From Octopus sinensis (lineage: Eukaryota), in contig NC_042998.1 in the NCBI RefSeq assembly GCF_006345805.1, forward strand, positions 11,842,001 through 11,906,000: DNA of 64,000 nucleotides, written 5' to 3'. How positions within the stretch are numbered: position 1 is the stretch's first letter; every line of letters begins with the position of its first letter. A program made the translations under genes and the position numbers. Shown here in pieces: positions 13,170 to 25,400 of the stretch. Below the pieces are notes generated by a model. That model was given only the letters and a program-made list of their open reading frames with translations, was not told where the DNA came from and ran no database searches.

Positions 13170-14648
13170 AGTTTAGTATGAAGGTTTTGAAGGAATATGA
13201 TGAGTATCTTTCGAATATTTCATAATCAGTTCGAAGATATGCGTTCATTTATGTCTACTTCTTTATTTGCTTGTTTATTTGTTTGGTTGTGTGTGGTTTT
13301 CAGTTGTGATAAATGCTAATTTATAATGTAAGAACAATGTCTTAAATTTAGTGGGATGTGTACTATCAATCAAATCAAATGCAGTATTGAAACAGAAGTT
13401 TTCACCGACATCAGTTGATGAAAGGCGGTGTTCGATCTGGACGGGTTGTTAGTAAATTTTCTGTAGCTTATTATGACAGTTATTTTCAAAACCCATGCAA
13501 ACTTTAGAACCAAAATATCAGCAAGAGCTATTGGTGAACAGAGAGCATGTGATAGTTAAAATATTTCTGCAATATTCTATAGTTTTCTGTTTTCACAATT
13601 CTTTATTTCTGTTTCAGTTTCATGTAAAAATATGAGGATAATTGGAGATAGCGCCGTTGATTTCGTTGTTACATATCCCATCGAAAAAAGCGTTGCAATC
13701 TTTCTGATGATTTAAGCTGATATATCTTGCATATTCAAAATCTATCAAATGGAGTGTGTTAGTCCCCATAAAGTCAGGAGAAACGTTGGGGGTAGCTGAG
13801 AGCTAAAACTATTTCTCTATACATTAAGACACTTTAGTTTCAATGAATTAAACATTCAATGTATATAAATCTTCTAAGCCTCCTCAATGTCTACCAATTT
13901 GACAGAAGCAATAAAAATTCTAACAGAAAAAACTAGCACTATTAGCACCAAAAATGTCAGCATCATATCAACTATGTTTATACAATGTGTATGTAACGTA
14001 AATTGTATATTTTTGGAGTCTTTGAATAATAGTTATATTTCTAAATTTCTGAAGGTTATAATTTCGTAAAAGTAAATATATGGAACCTAGAAATAATTAT
14101 TGTTTTTTCAACGCTGCGTATACAGGAAGTGGTAGAAATGGAGAATTCTGCCCAGAAGAAGCTCCTAGTGGTACAACGAGGCAATAATTTCTTTTCATCA
14201 AACCTTGTGTAAATTTTTTAAGAGACTAAATATTCTTGAATCTCCGTAAAGAATCTCTTCTCTCAATACTGAAATTAAAACTAGCGAAATATTTCCCATA
14301 TAACCGTTCCAATTAAGACAAACTGAGCATGTAACTGAATATATAAACTGAGTATATAAGTCAGTGTCCTTTCACAATTAATTTCGACATCTTGTTACCA
14401 ATAATCGAATTGTACGTATTTGTCGTCGACATAGTTTCGTCGCCATCAAAGTAAGAAATGTATACACATATACCACGAACGTAAATTATTGATAAACTAT
14501 CGATTAAAAGGAAGCATAATGCACCAGAATGAATTAAATGAGGTATTGTAAAATCATTAATAAGATATTGAAGCCATGAGCTGCCAACAAGTTCTTGGAA
14601 GTTTTGTATGCTAATAATTAACTTTCTAATAGGGAAATTCTTTCTCAA
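13170..14648 (-). pseudogene. Possible intronless multi-pass membrane protein (class A GPCR-like) pseudogene
   Basis: One frame from 14648 to ~13970 has only scattered stops and hydrophobic segments: YSVYIFSYMLSLS*LERLYGKYF (TM3/ERY-like) and LFLGSIYLLLR. After a frameshift come MMLTFLVLIVLVFSVRIF, ALSPIILIFL and LCSPIALADILVL. Confidence 0.35.
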
Positions 14649-16527
14649 TGAAAGTAAATTTAATTTTGTTCAATAAATTTTAATTATTCCAGTGAATGTA
14701 ATGTGTCAGGCTGCTATTGTTACAAAGATTAATTTATAACAACAATGATAGTTCTTTCTCCCTTGAAGTGTGACAAATTCGCTGCTTTGAAGAGAAGGAA
14801 TGGTGCTATGCCATCATAGATATATGAAAGGTTGGAGAAATAAATATAATGTAGAAGGATTTTTCATCTTCATTGTAAATCTTTGAGCATGGATCATGGC
14901 TTTACATGTACGCTGTAAAATAATTTTATCGTAAGTTCCTTTTGTTTCAAAGACATTAAAATGCTTTGACTAGCAACATAGCAGAAATCCGACATCAAGG
15001 TAAGTATATACGGCTCAGACGGGAAATTATATTTTATTAATCTATTCAGTTTATATGCAAATTGATGGTAATCACAACTAGTTCTTCCATCAACCTAATT
15101 AAGATACCCTGGAAGAACTTCATGGGCGCTACCCCCCCTTCTCTGACTAACCTATAAGAAAAAATTTTTAAATAACTTTTTAAATTGTTCTAGAAATTAA
15201 TTTGAAAGGAAATGCCACAAATAGTAACTATATAGTTTGCTATTTCTGTTTCATATTTTTAAAACTTCGAATGCTGACAAATATCCTGTTTTGATAATCA
15301 GATTAATGAAATGTATTTTACGTAGGCTGTGTTTGAAAACGAGTTATATCAAAACAAAATAAAAATGAGGATAGGAAGTACTTTAATATTCTCGAGACAT
15401 ATATTAGTTTCAAGGATAAACTGACAGAAAAAAAGAAATAAAAGCAAAAAAGAAATGGTTCTAAGCCTATACGAAATAAAATAGATTTCCTGCGATCATA
15501 TTGTTCAAACCTAATCTAAAGCAGAAATCTACACTAAGTCTCTGTGTGTGGTAATACTTAATGAAATGACGTAAATTAGATATATCATATTAGCTAAATA
15601 ACTACTGAGTTATATATAAGTTTTATTTGATTATACAATACAAACCAAAATGTTTTCATCGGTGAAACGTTAGTACATAAGACCTAAGTTAAAGTTTCAT
15701 GGTAATTAAATAAGGTTTTTTCATCTATGTGTGTGTTTCTCATATTTTCTGGAGACGTTAGTACATTATCTGCTGACACATTGTAAAACAACAAATACAA
15801 AATTCAAATCGTATACATAAATCACGTACATTTATTATGTACATAAAATATGCACACAAATTATGAATAATATAAAACAATAAAACAGGCTCAAAAATAA
15901 AATGATAACCAAAAAGCAACATGAACTAAGAATAAAAGTAATAACCTAAAACAAAATCAGAGTAGATGATACACATCGCTGATGTAAGGATATTACGTAC
16001 ACCAAATGATCATAAATAGTAAGAGCGTTAGCAGCATGAAAGGAAACGTAAGCAACATCGAATAGCCATACGAATCAAATAACTATATTAACAATAACTC
16101 GAATGGCAACATAGTCTTCAAATGAATAGAAAAGACAACCAAGCAAGGAAGCGTGAACCAGTGAGGTTCTTTCTCAACTACTACTCCAACGGTAAAATAT
16201 TTAAATAGATAGGATAAATTAATACTGAATGGGACATGCCGGGAAAAAGAGAATAGCTTGTTATGAATCCGGTGCCGGGCAAGCAATATTTTATTTTTGC
16301 CATACTAAGATTATTTTGCCAATTCGTGCGAACAGAATCAAAGCAGGCTCTAAAACACCTATTTCGTAACGGAAGCACTTTGATTGCTTGTATACAGAAG
16401 AGTATACATTATATAGCTGTCACAAATGGTACTCGTAAACTAAGAGGAAATGTCACTACAAACGTTGTTTAATGATATATTAACCAATACGAGTTATAGT
16501 TACATATATATCTGCCTGTCTAACTAT

Positions 16528-16530
16528 ATG

Positions 16531-16587
<57 letters not shown>

Positions 16588-16612
16588 ATCTATCTATCTA
16601 TCTATCTATCTA

Positions 16613-16652
<40 letters not shown>

Positions 16653-16700
16653 TCTATCTATATATCTATCTATCTATCTATCTATCTATGTCTATCTATG
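16528..16700. repeat. (TCTA)n/(TCTG)n microsatellite
   Basis: Visible directly. Confidence 0.95.
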
Positions 16701-17428
16701 TGTATCTATTAACGCACACGCACACACACATGCATGCACGCTCTCACACAAACATATTGGCGCAAGTACGGCTGTGTGATAAGAAGCTTGCTCCCGGTTA
16801 CCCAGGATTCGTTTGATTTGTTGATTCTGTGCGTGTTCCTTTTGGCTGTGTGACGTTTTCCTTCTTGTGATGGAGAGACATCGAACAAGTGAAGTTTTGA
16901 GTTGCTCTGTTTCGAGCAATGAAGGCTGCCCTTCTTCGGAATATACGTCGTAAGAAGAGGAGATTGTGGAGTGCCTGGATAGGATAGACATGGCTTTGGA
17001 AGAAAGAAGCTATGCTGCAGCGACAGAGGAAAAAAAAGAACTAACTGTTGCAAAGGCCAGATTATTGGTATTTTGAATTAAGATAATCTAAAAAATATGT
17101 CGTATAAATTAGTTGTTGCAAAAGGTTAATGTGAATGATTTTGCAAAGGGTCCAATGAAGTCGCTCGGAGGAGGGGCTTCATTTAACCTTTCATTGTACA
17201 ATTTCATTAATTCCATTCTGTTTTCTTGTCTTTGTTTGTCCCATTTATGTACGGCTTCCATAGCCTATTTGTGAAATAAAGAAGCTTGCTTCTCAATCAC
17301 ATGGTTCCGGGTTCAGTGCCATTGCGTGGCACTTCAGGTGAGTGTCTTCTACTATAGCTCCGAGCCAACCAAAGCCTTGTGAGTGGATTTGGCAGACGGA
17401 AACTGAAAGAAGCCTCTCGTATGTACAC

Positions 17429-17466
<38 letters not shown>

Positions 17467-17609
17467 AGGTGAATGAATTATCCTAGTATGGACAATTCGG
17501 TTAACCGATACCCGGGTACCAAATTCACGTCAGAAAACACGGTTGAAGCTACATGCCCGGGGCAGAAATCACGTGTTTTCGTGTGGAAATTTGTGTGTTT
17601 TTTTAACTA

Positions 17610-17870
17610 TAAATAAGTGAAAGAATGGAGTCGAACGACGATTTTAACAAAATTCCTTTATTCTCGACATATGTTTATCACTGTTGGACTCCATGTGGGA
17701 AGTCATCTAAAAGTTTTTGTTCGTCATGATGCTGACATAGGTTCCTTGTCTTTCCTGATGAGAAGGCGGCATAATGCACCCTTTATTAAGAATATGCAGT
17801 CTTCGAAACATATGTCGAGAATAAAGGAATTTTGTTAAAATCGGCGTTCGACTCCATTCATTCACTTATA
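17610..17870 (+). mobile_element. Short PLE-derived fold-back element with ~64 bp inverted arms
   Basis: 17613-17676 is the reverse complement of 17806-17869. A hammerhead lies at 17751-17820, and the element ends in (TA)n. Confidence 0.75.
17751..17820 (+). ncRNA. Type I hammerhead ribozyme, canonical core
   Basis: UUUC-CUGAUGA-GAAGGCGGCAUA...UAUGCAGUCUUC-GAAA-CAUAUG-UC^GAGA. Stem II pairs 11 of 12, stem III is the palindrome ACAUAUGU, and the triplet is GUC (predicted cleavage after 17816). Confidence 0.85.
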
Positions 17871-18523
17871 TATATATATATATATATATATAACTACCTT
17901 TATGTGTGTGCGTCATTGTGTCTGTGTTTGCCCCCACCCCATCGCTTGACAACCGATGTTAGTGTGTTTACGTCCCCGTAACTATGCGGTTCGACTAAAT
18001 AGACTGAGAGAATAAGCACTAGGCTTACAAAGAATAAGTCTTGGATCAACTTCGACTGAAACCGCTCAAGACGTACTCCTGCATGGCTGCAGTCAAATGG
18101 CTGAAATAAATAAAAGAATTCACACAGACTCACACACACAGACACATACACACACACGCACGCACATAAACGTACGCACGCACGCACACACACGCACACA
18201 CACAGATACACACACACACACACCGAAATATGACAGATATGGTTTCGGATTCTGGCCCACGGGCTTCAACCTTAATCAGTATGAATCACCGATGAAAAGT
18301 TCTAAATCTGTCACGTTGAACAACCATCAACGTTCTGATTTGTTTTGCTCCAAGATCAGCCCGCTTCGGTGCGATTATATTTATGAGCAAAATTCGAGTG
18401 TAAACACGCGAAGAAAAATATTATCATTGTTAATATTATCTTTGGCGAATATGAGTAATTGATAAGAATAACAATGATAATATAGGTGGTTCCAGATTTT
18501 TAAATAGCATTATATAGTTATAT

Positions 18524-19300
18524 ACTCTCTTTTACTCTTTTACTTGTTTCAGTCATTTGACTGCGGCCATGCTGGAGCACCGCCTTTAATCGAGCAAATC
18601 AACCCCGGGACTTATTCTTTGTAAGCCCAGTACTTATTCCATCGATCGCTTTTGCCGAACCGCTATGTGACGGGGACGTAAACACACCAGCATCGGTTGT
18701 CAAGCAATGCTAGGGGGACAAACACACACACATATATATATGTATATATATATATACACTAGCAGTATCGCCCGGCGTTGCTCGGGTTTGTAAGGGAAAT
18801 AACTATAAAGCATTTTTAGAGAGTTATAGCCAAAAAATGAAAAAAAAATGATGGTAAATTTTTTTTGATAGTTAAAAAGGTCGAGTTGCGTCCCCTAGAC
18901 CATCTGTGGTTTGTGCTTCTGATTGTCGACCCCATGTCGAATTTATCGATTTTTTTCAGAACTGGGGGAACTTTTCAAAATTTTCGCTGCGTTAGTTTTG
19001 AATTATGACATTGGGCTATGTGTGTGTCAAGTTTCATCAGAATCGATTGAAAGCCGTGGTCAGAGTGAGGGTACGAGAAAACAGACACTCAGAAACACAC
19101 ACAGACAAACTGCCGTTTATATATAGAGAGATATATACGATAGGCTTCTTTCAGTTTCCGTCTACCAAATCCACTCTGAAGGCATTGGTCGGCCCGGGGC
19201 TATAACAAAAGACACTTGCCCAAGATGCCACGCAGTGGGACTGAACCCGGAACCATGTGGTTGGTTAGCAAGCTACTTACCACACAGCCACTCCTGCGCC
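18524..19300 (-). mobile_element. SINE family A, interrupted by a Helitron
   Basis: Tail (ttttactc)n-tgtttcagtcatttgactgcggccatgctggagcacc at 18524-18585. Head ...cacacagccactcctgcgcc ends at 19300. Confidence 0.9.
18759..19131 (-). mobile_element. Non-autonomous Helitron
   Basis: On the minus strand: 5' TC, and a 3' hairpin ccgagcaacgccgggcg followed by CTAG, inserted between A and T. It shares its 3' end with the copies at 20429 and 38382. Confidence 0.75.
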
Positions 19301-19667
19301 TATATTAAAATTAAATATTAAAACTAAGCTTAAGGAAGCACAAGACATAAACCTGTTTAGAAATAGGTGTCAAAATCCCAAATCTACAACGAAATCACCG
19401 AACAGCAGGAGAGGGAACGGTTAAAGAATTAAACAATTAAAAATATACCATGAAAGATGAGGTCATTTGGATATTCCTGTACCATGGTTTTAATATATTT
19501 GCACCGAAGCGAGCTGACTTTCGCACAAAACAAATCAGAACGCTGATGGATGTTCAATGTGACAGATTTAGAACTTTTATTCGTTGATTCCTGCTAATGA
19601 AGGTTGAGGCTCGTGAGCCAGAACCCGAAACCATGGTACATGAATATCGAATGGCATAATCTTTAAT

Positions 19668-20087
19668 GGAGTGGCTGTGTGGCAAGTAGCTTGCTAACCA
19701 ATCACATGGTTCCGGGTTCAGTCCCACTGCGTGACATCTTGGACAAGTGACTTCTGCTATAGCCTCGAGCCGACCAAAGCCTTGTGAGTGGATTTGGTGG
19801 ACGGAAACTGAAAGAAGCATGTCGCATATATGTATATGTTTGTGTGTCTGTGTTTGTCCCTCTAGCATTGCTTGACAACCGATGCTGGCGTGTTTACGTC
19901 CCCGTCACCAAGCGGTTCGGCAAAAGAGACCGATAGAATAAGTTAAGTACTAGGCTTACAAAGAATAAGTCCCGGGGTCGATTTGCTCGACTAAAGGCGG
20001 TCCCGGGGTCGATTTGCCCGACTAAAGGCGCTCCAGCATGGCCGCAGTGAAATGACTGAAACAAGTAAAAGAGAGAAAAGAGAGTAA
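19668..20087 (+). mobile_element. SINE family A with an internal ~30 bp tandem duplication
   Basis: A-box-like gtggctgtgtgg and B-box-like ggttcagtccc. The segment tcccggggtcgatttgctcgactaaaggcg is duplicated. Confidence 0.9.
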
Positions 20088-20282
20088 CCGTTCGCTCGCC
20101 TACTGTTGCCTCTGACATATTTAGGGGATTTCGGGGATGGATTTGGGATTTTGACTCCCGTTTCCAAACTGGTTGATGCCTTGTGCGTTCTTAAGCTTAG
20201 TGCTAATTTCTAATTTTTATATAAATACACAGACACACACCCCCACACACACACAGACACACACACACACACACACAGACAG

Positions 20283-20314
<32 letters not shown>

Positions 20315-20374
20315 ACATACATACATACATACATATAATACATACACACATACATACATACATACATACATACA

Positions 20375-20410
<36 letters not shown>

Positions 20411-20428
20411 TACACACACACATATATA

Positions 20429-20824
20429 TCTTTATATATAAAAGAGAGGTTGTGTGTCTGTCTCCTACGATTTAGATTCCTAACTACTCCCACATTTTGT
20501 GGTGCAGTTTAACCAAAACCGGCTATCTTATAGTCGTGATTCATATCGAGCCCTTCTGGGTATTAGCGTGCGTCTACGATGAGTCTACGCTTTAAAAAAA
20601 AATTACCATAATTTTTTCCATCTTAATGCATTTCTTTCGCTATTATATAAGGGAAGTAACTCTCTAAAAATGTCTACGATGAGTCAACGATTTAAAAAAT
20701 ATTTACCATAATTTTGTTTCCATTTTTAATGCATTTTTTCGCTATTTTTTGGCTATAACTCTCTAATAATGCTTATATAGTTATTTCCCTTACAAACCCG
20801 AGCAACGCCGGGCGATACTGCTAG
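20429..20824 (+). mobile_element. Non-autonomous Helitron
   Basis: A^TC...hairpin-CTAG^T termini, an internal ~70 bp duplication, and near-identity to 38382-38776. Confidence 0.85.
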
Positions 20825-21249
20825 TATATATATAAAAGTATATTTACCTGATTGTATTTCTATATACATATATGCGTGTGTATGTGTGTTTATCACCACC
20901 TACCTTATCAATCACCCAGATGATCTCACGCCTCAGTTGTAACAAACTAAACATTAAAAACCAGCATTATTTAAGAATGCCGGTTTCAAACAGTACGAAT
21001 AACAAAAGAGCGAACATAAAAGCATCACAACTTAACTCCCTTTACACTTAAGACCCAATGAAACAAGTAAGACGCACATAAATCGCGAACCACCTACAAG
21101 AACTCTTCTTCCATCCCCTTCTTTTCCACACATCTAGCTACAACAGCTTCTTGATAAGTAATCCTCTAACTTTTCTGGGGCTAGCTACCAATCATCATCA
21201 ATGAGTTACACATCAATGAAAACATTCTTTTACAAACTTGAAATTGTTC

Positions 21250-21636
21250 TTTACTCTTTTACTCTTTTACTTGTTTCAGTCATTTGACTGCGGCCATGCT
21301 GGAGCACCGCCTTTAGTCGAGCAAATCGACCCCGGGACTTATACTTTGTAAGCCCAGTACTTATTCTATCGGTCTATTTTGCCGAACCGCTAAGTGATGG
21401 GGACGTAAACACACCAGCATCGGTTGTCAAGCAATGCTAGGGGGACAAACACATACACACACATATATATATATACATATATACGACAGGCTTCTTTCAG
21501 TTTCCGTCTACCAAATCCACTCTGAAGGCATTGGTCGGCCCGGGGCTATAGCAGAAGACAGTTGCCCAAGATGCCACGCAGTGGGACTGAACCCGGAACC
21601 ATGTGGTTGGTTAGCAAGCTACTTACCACACAGCCA
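21250..21636 (-). mobile_element. SINE family A
   Basis: Reverse-complement homology to 40128-40544. Confidence 0.9.
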
Positions 21637-22353
21637 GAAACAGTACATTAACAAACATAGAAACTATTGTAAATTTAAGGAACAAATAGCCGACATCATA
21701 AAAGCCGATAACATAAAAATGGAGGTAATGTTAAACCCAATAAATAAAGCCAAACCTCAGGAAACTAGTATAAGGCTTAATCTCAAACAATCCCGAACAA
21801 AGAACTGAAATATGAATAAAATTATAGAAAAGCAGAATACTTATATATATTTGTATATACCACAGCACGAATTTTTGTCAGTGAACAGGTCGCGATCTTA
21901 TAGCGACGAAAATATTTTGACAAATTAAACTTAAATGTTGAAGTGAATCGAACGGCTTTTGTGTGTTTCTTAAATTGCTTACAAACACCTTCCACGCTGC
22001 AATTGTTTTCGTTCCAGCACACGATCTCAGATCAAATCACTTGCTATACAGAGTAAATAGGGCATTCGACAGCAACAGTAACTGTCATACTACACTTCTT
22101 GTCACAGTTACAATTTTAAATACTATAGCCATATTACGACACTAACGAGATACACTTATCAGGCAAAATCAACAGGAACACATAAACAACAATAAGCATT
22201 TCATCAGGACATTGACCGTTTCTTTGCGTTAGACAAAATAATAATAATAATAATAACACTGAATAGCCTCGACCAGAGAAAATCAGAAACCTACACCTAA
22301 AATCTTTAAGGCCGGAAGGAATTCCTTCACTCACTAATTATCTGCCAACTTGT

Positions 22354-22715
22354 CGTGGAGGCGCAATAGCCCAGTCATAGGATCGCGGTTTCGATTCCTA
22401 GACCGGGCGTTGTGAGTGTTTATTGAGCGAAAACACCTAAAGCTCCACGAGGCTCCGGCAGGGGATGGTGGTGAACCCTGCTGTACTCTTTCACTACAAC
22501 TTTCTCTCACTCTTACTTCCTGTTTCTGTTGTACCTGTATTTCAAAGGGCCGGCCTTGTCCCTCTCTGTGTCACGCTGAATATCCCCGAGAACTACGTTA
22601 AGGGTACACGTGTCTGTGGAGTGCTCAGCCACTTACACGTTAATTTCACGAGCAGGCTGTTCCGTTGATTCGGATCAACCGGAACCCTCGTCGTCGTAAC
22701 CGACGGAGTGCTTCC
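22354..22715 (+). mobile_element. tRNA-derived SINE, family C (head partly deleted)
   Basis: B-box-like ggtttcgattcc. A 14-bp TSD atctg(c/t)caacttgt lies at 22340-22353 and 22716-22729. The head is related to 33611-33682. Confidence 0.75.
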
Positions 22716-23083
22716 ATCTGTCAACTTGTGCCGACACATTTCCAGACTCTAGGAGCTATGCAAAGTTCTAACAATTTTGAAGACCAACAAAAGCGTAAGT
22801 GAAATAACGATTGTAACACCCACCAGACCGCCCACTCTTCTGATCACAACCTGAAATATTCTAGGAAAATTTATATTTAATATTAATAACCCAAATACCC
22901 TCCTCTCTAGCTCACTCTGCTCGCTCGGCCAATACTTCCATTTCCAATGTCAAATTTGATATGAAGCAAGAAAACACAAAAAGCAGCAACAATAACAAAA
23001 GTATTTTGACAATAGCAAACAATGCCACATCTAGACTCACATTCAATTTATATGAAATGCATTCTTGGTAGGAGTAAATATTC

Positions 23084-23498
23084 TTACTCTTTTACTCTTT
23101 TACTCTTTTACTTGTTTCAGTCATTTGACTGCGGCCATGCTGGAGCACCACCTTTAATCGAGCAACTCGACCCCGGGACTTATTCTTTGTAAGCCCAGTA
23201 CTTATTCTATTGGTCCCTTTTTGCCGAACCGCTAAGTAACGGGGACATAAACACACCAGCATCGGTTGTCAAGCAATGCTAGGGGGACAAACACAAACAC
23301 ACAAACACACACATACATATATATATACATATATACGACGGGCTTCTTTCAGTTTCCGTCTACCGAATCCACTCACAAGGCTTTGGTCGGCCCGAGTCTA
23401 TAGTAGAAGACACTTGCCCAAGGTTCCACGCAGTGGGACTGAACCTGGAACCATGTGGTTGGTAAACAAGCTACTTACCACACAACCACTCCTGCGCC
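23084..23498 (-). mobile_element. SINE family A, full length
   Basis: Reverse-complement homology to 40128-40544, with a (ttttactc)n tail. Confidence 0.9.
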
Positions 23499-24614
23499 TT
23501 GAATACTATTTGCATGACTTATTACCAAAGTTTCAACTGTAGATGCTGAGTCTGGGTTTTCTCCTTTCCCGAAGAAAATTATATTCACGCAAACGCACAA
23601 GCCTACAGATATGCTGGAGCAAAACAAATATTTTATCTGTGACGTAATAATAGTAATTTGCGAATGTCATTAAGTGAACGCGCTTAATGATTTGTATACA
23701 GTTTCCAACTCAGCAGCCTTATCTCCTGAAAATGATTTTTCTAATGAAACAGAATTGTGATACGAGACGGAATAATAAAAATAATAATAATAAAAATACA
23801 TAAAATAAAATTTGAAAATATGGCTGATTCTAGAAAAATGTGAAGTAAAAAGAAGAAAAAAATGTTCTGCCGGTAAGATAAAAATTATCAAATTGTAAAA
23901 TCATTCAGCATCCAACATTTCCTACTATAAGAGATATACAGTGATTGCTTGCGTGCTAAAGTGGATTTTTATGCGTTTGTACACGTGGATATGTATGTTA
24001 TATTATGTATGTATTGTATGTACTTGTGTAAGATCGTATGTGTGTGTATTTATATGTGTATGAATGTGTGTGTGTAGGTACACAAGTGAATTTATGTTGT
24101 GTTTGTGATGAAAAATTTCATCAGTTTCACCATAACTGCGACAATTTATAAAACATCATTACCGCGGTTGTAATCATCACCATAATCCGCTTCATTTTAA
24201 GCATTTTAATAGTTATCGTAGCTGTAGTTGTTGTCATCAAAAACTACTTCAGCGTCATCAGGAATAACCTGCAATATACACGTTTTAACGTGCATGGAGA
24301 TTTATGTTAGCGAACACCATTCCGACAAATTAAAGGCACTCCCCCCAGCAATATATATATATTATATATATATTATATATATATATATACATTTTAAGTA
24401 ATTGAGATTCAAGCGAGTTCTAATGAATTCACATGAATATGGTCCTTACTAGGATGTGCACCGGAAATCTATATGGTGTTAACCATACGACCAAGTGGGG
24501 TGATTACAAATAAAAAAGCAACAAGAATGGATCAATTATAACGGACAATTTTTGTACGATGTCCTGTACGAAACAATTGTAGCGATATATTATCCAATAT
24601 CTTGTTGCTATTTA

Positions 24615-24690
24615 TCTGTATATATATATATATATATATAATAGATATAATATATATATATATATTATATATATATAGTTTATATAATAT

Positions 24691-24721
<31 letters not shown>

Positions 24722-25400
24722 CTATATATGTATGATATATATAAATATGTATATATATAGTATATAATATGTATATATATATATGTATATATATATTATA
24801 TTATGTATTATTAATATATATATGTATATATATATATATATATATATAATGTATATATATATATATTGTAATATATACATATATATATGTATATATATAC
24901 ATATATATATATGTTATATATATATATATAATGTATATATATATGTATATATATAATTATATAACATATATCTGTATATTATGTATATATATATGTATAT
25001 ATATACCTATATATATATACATATATATATTGTATAATATATCATATATATATAGGTATATAATATATATATATGTATATATATATGTATATATATACAA
25101 TATATAATATACATATATATATATGTATATATATACATATATAGATATGTATATATATATATTATATGTATATATATATGTATATATATACATAATTAAT
25201 ATATATATTATATATATGTATATATATACTATATATATACTATATATATATATATATATATATGTATATTATAATATATCTATATATATATCTGTATATA
25301 TATACATATATATATATTGATTCTATATATATATATATATGTATATATATAACATATATATATATGTATATATATATATGATTGATTGATTGATTGATTC
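24615..25400. repeat. Degenerate (TA)n tract ending in (GATT)n, the tail of the adjacent LINE
   Basis: Visible directly. Confidence 0.95.

Larger units (their letters stand above)
17280..18118 (+). mobile_element. SINE family A (tRNA head, CORE-like domain, internal microsatellite, LINE-like tail), older copy split by a PLE-derived insert
   Basis: The left half (17280-17420) and right half (~17900-18118) match the full copy at 40128-40544. The intervening sequence sits within the internal TA/TG microsatellite. Confidence 0.75.

Noticed and set aside
14950-15006. Strong splice donor caag|gtaagt near 15000
   Set aside because: All three frames from the nearest acceptor contain stops. It could be a non-coding exon but cannot be supported.
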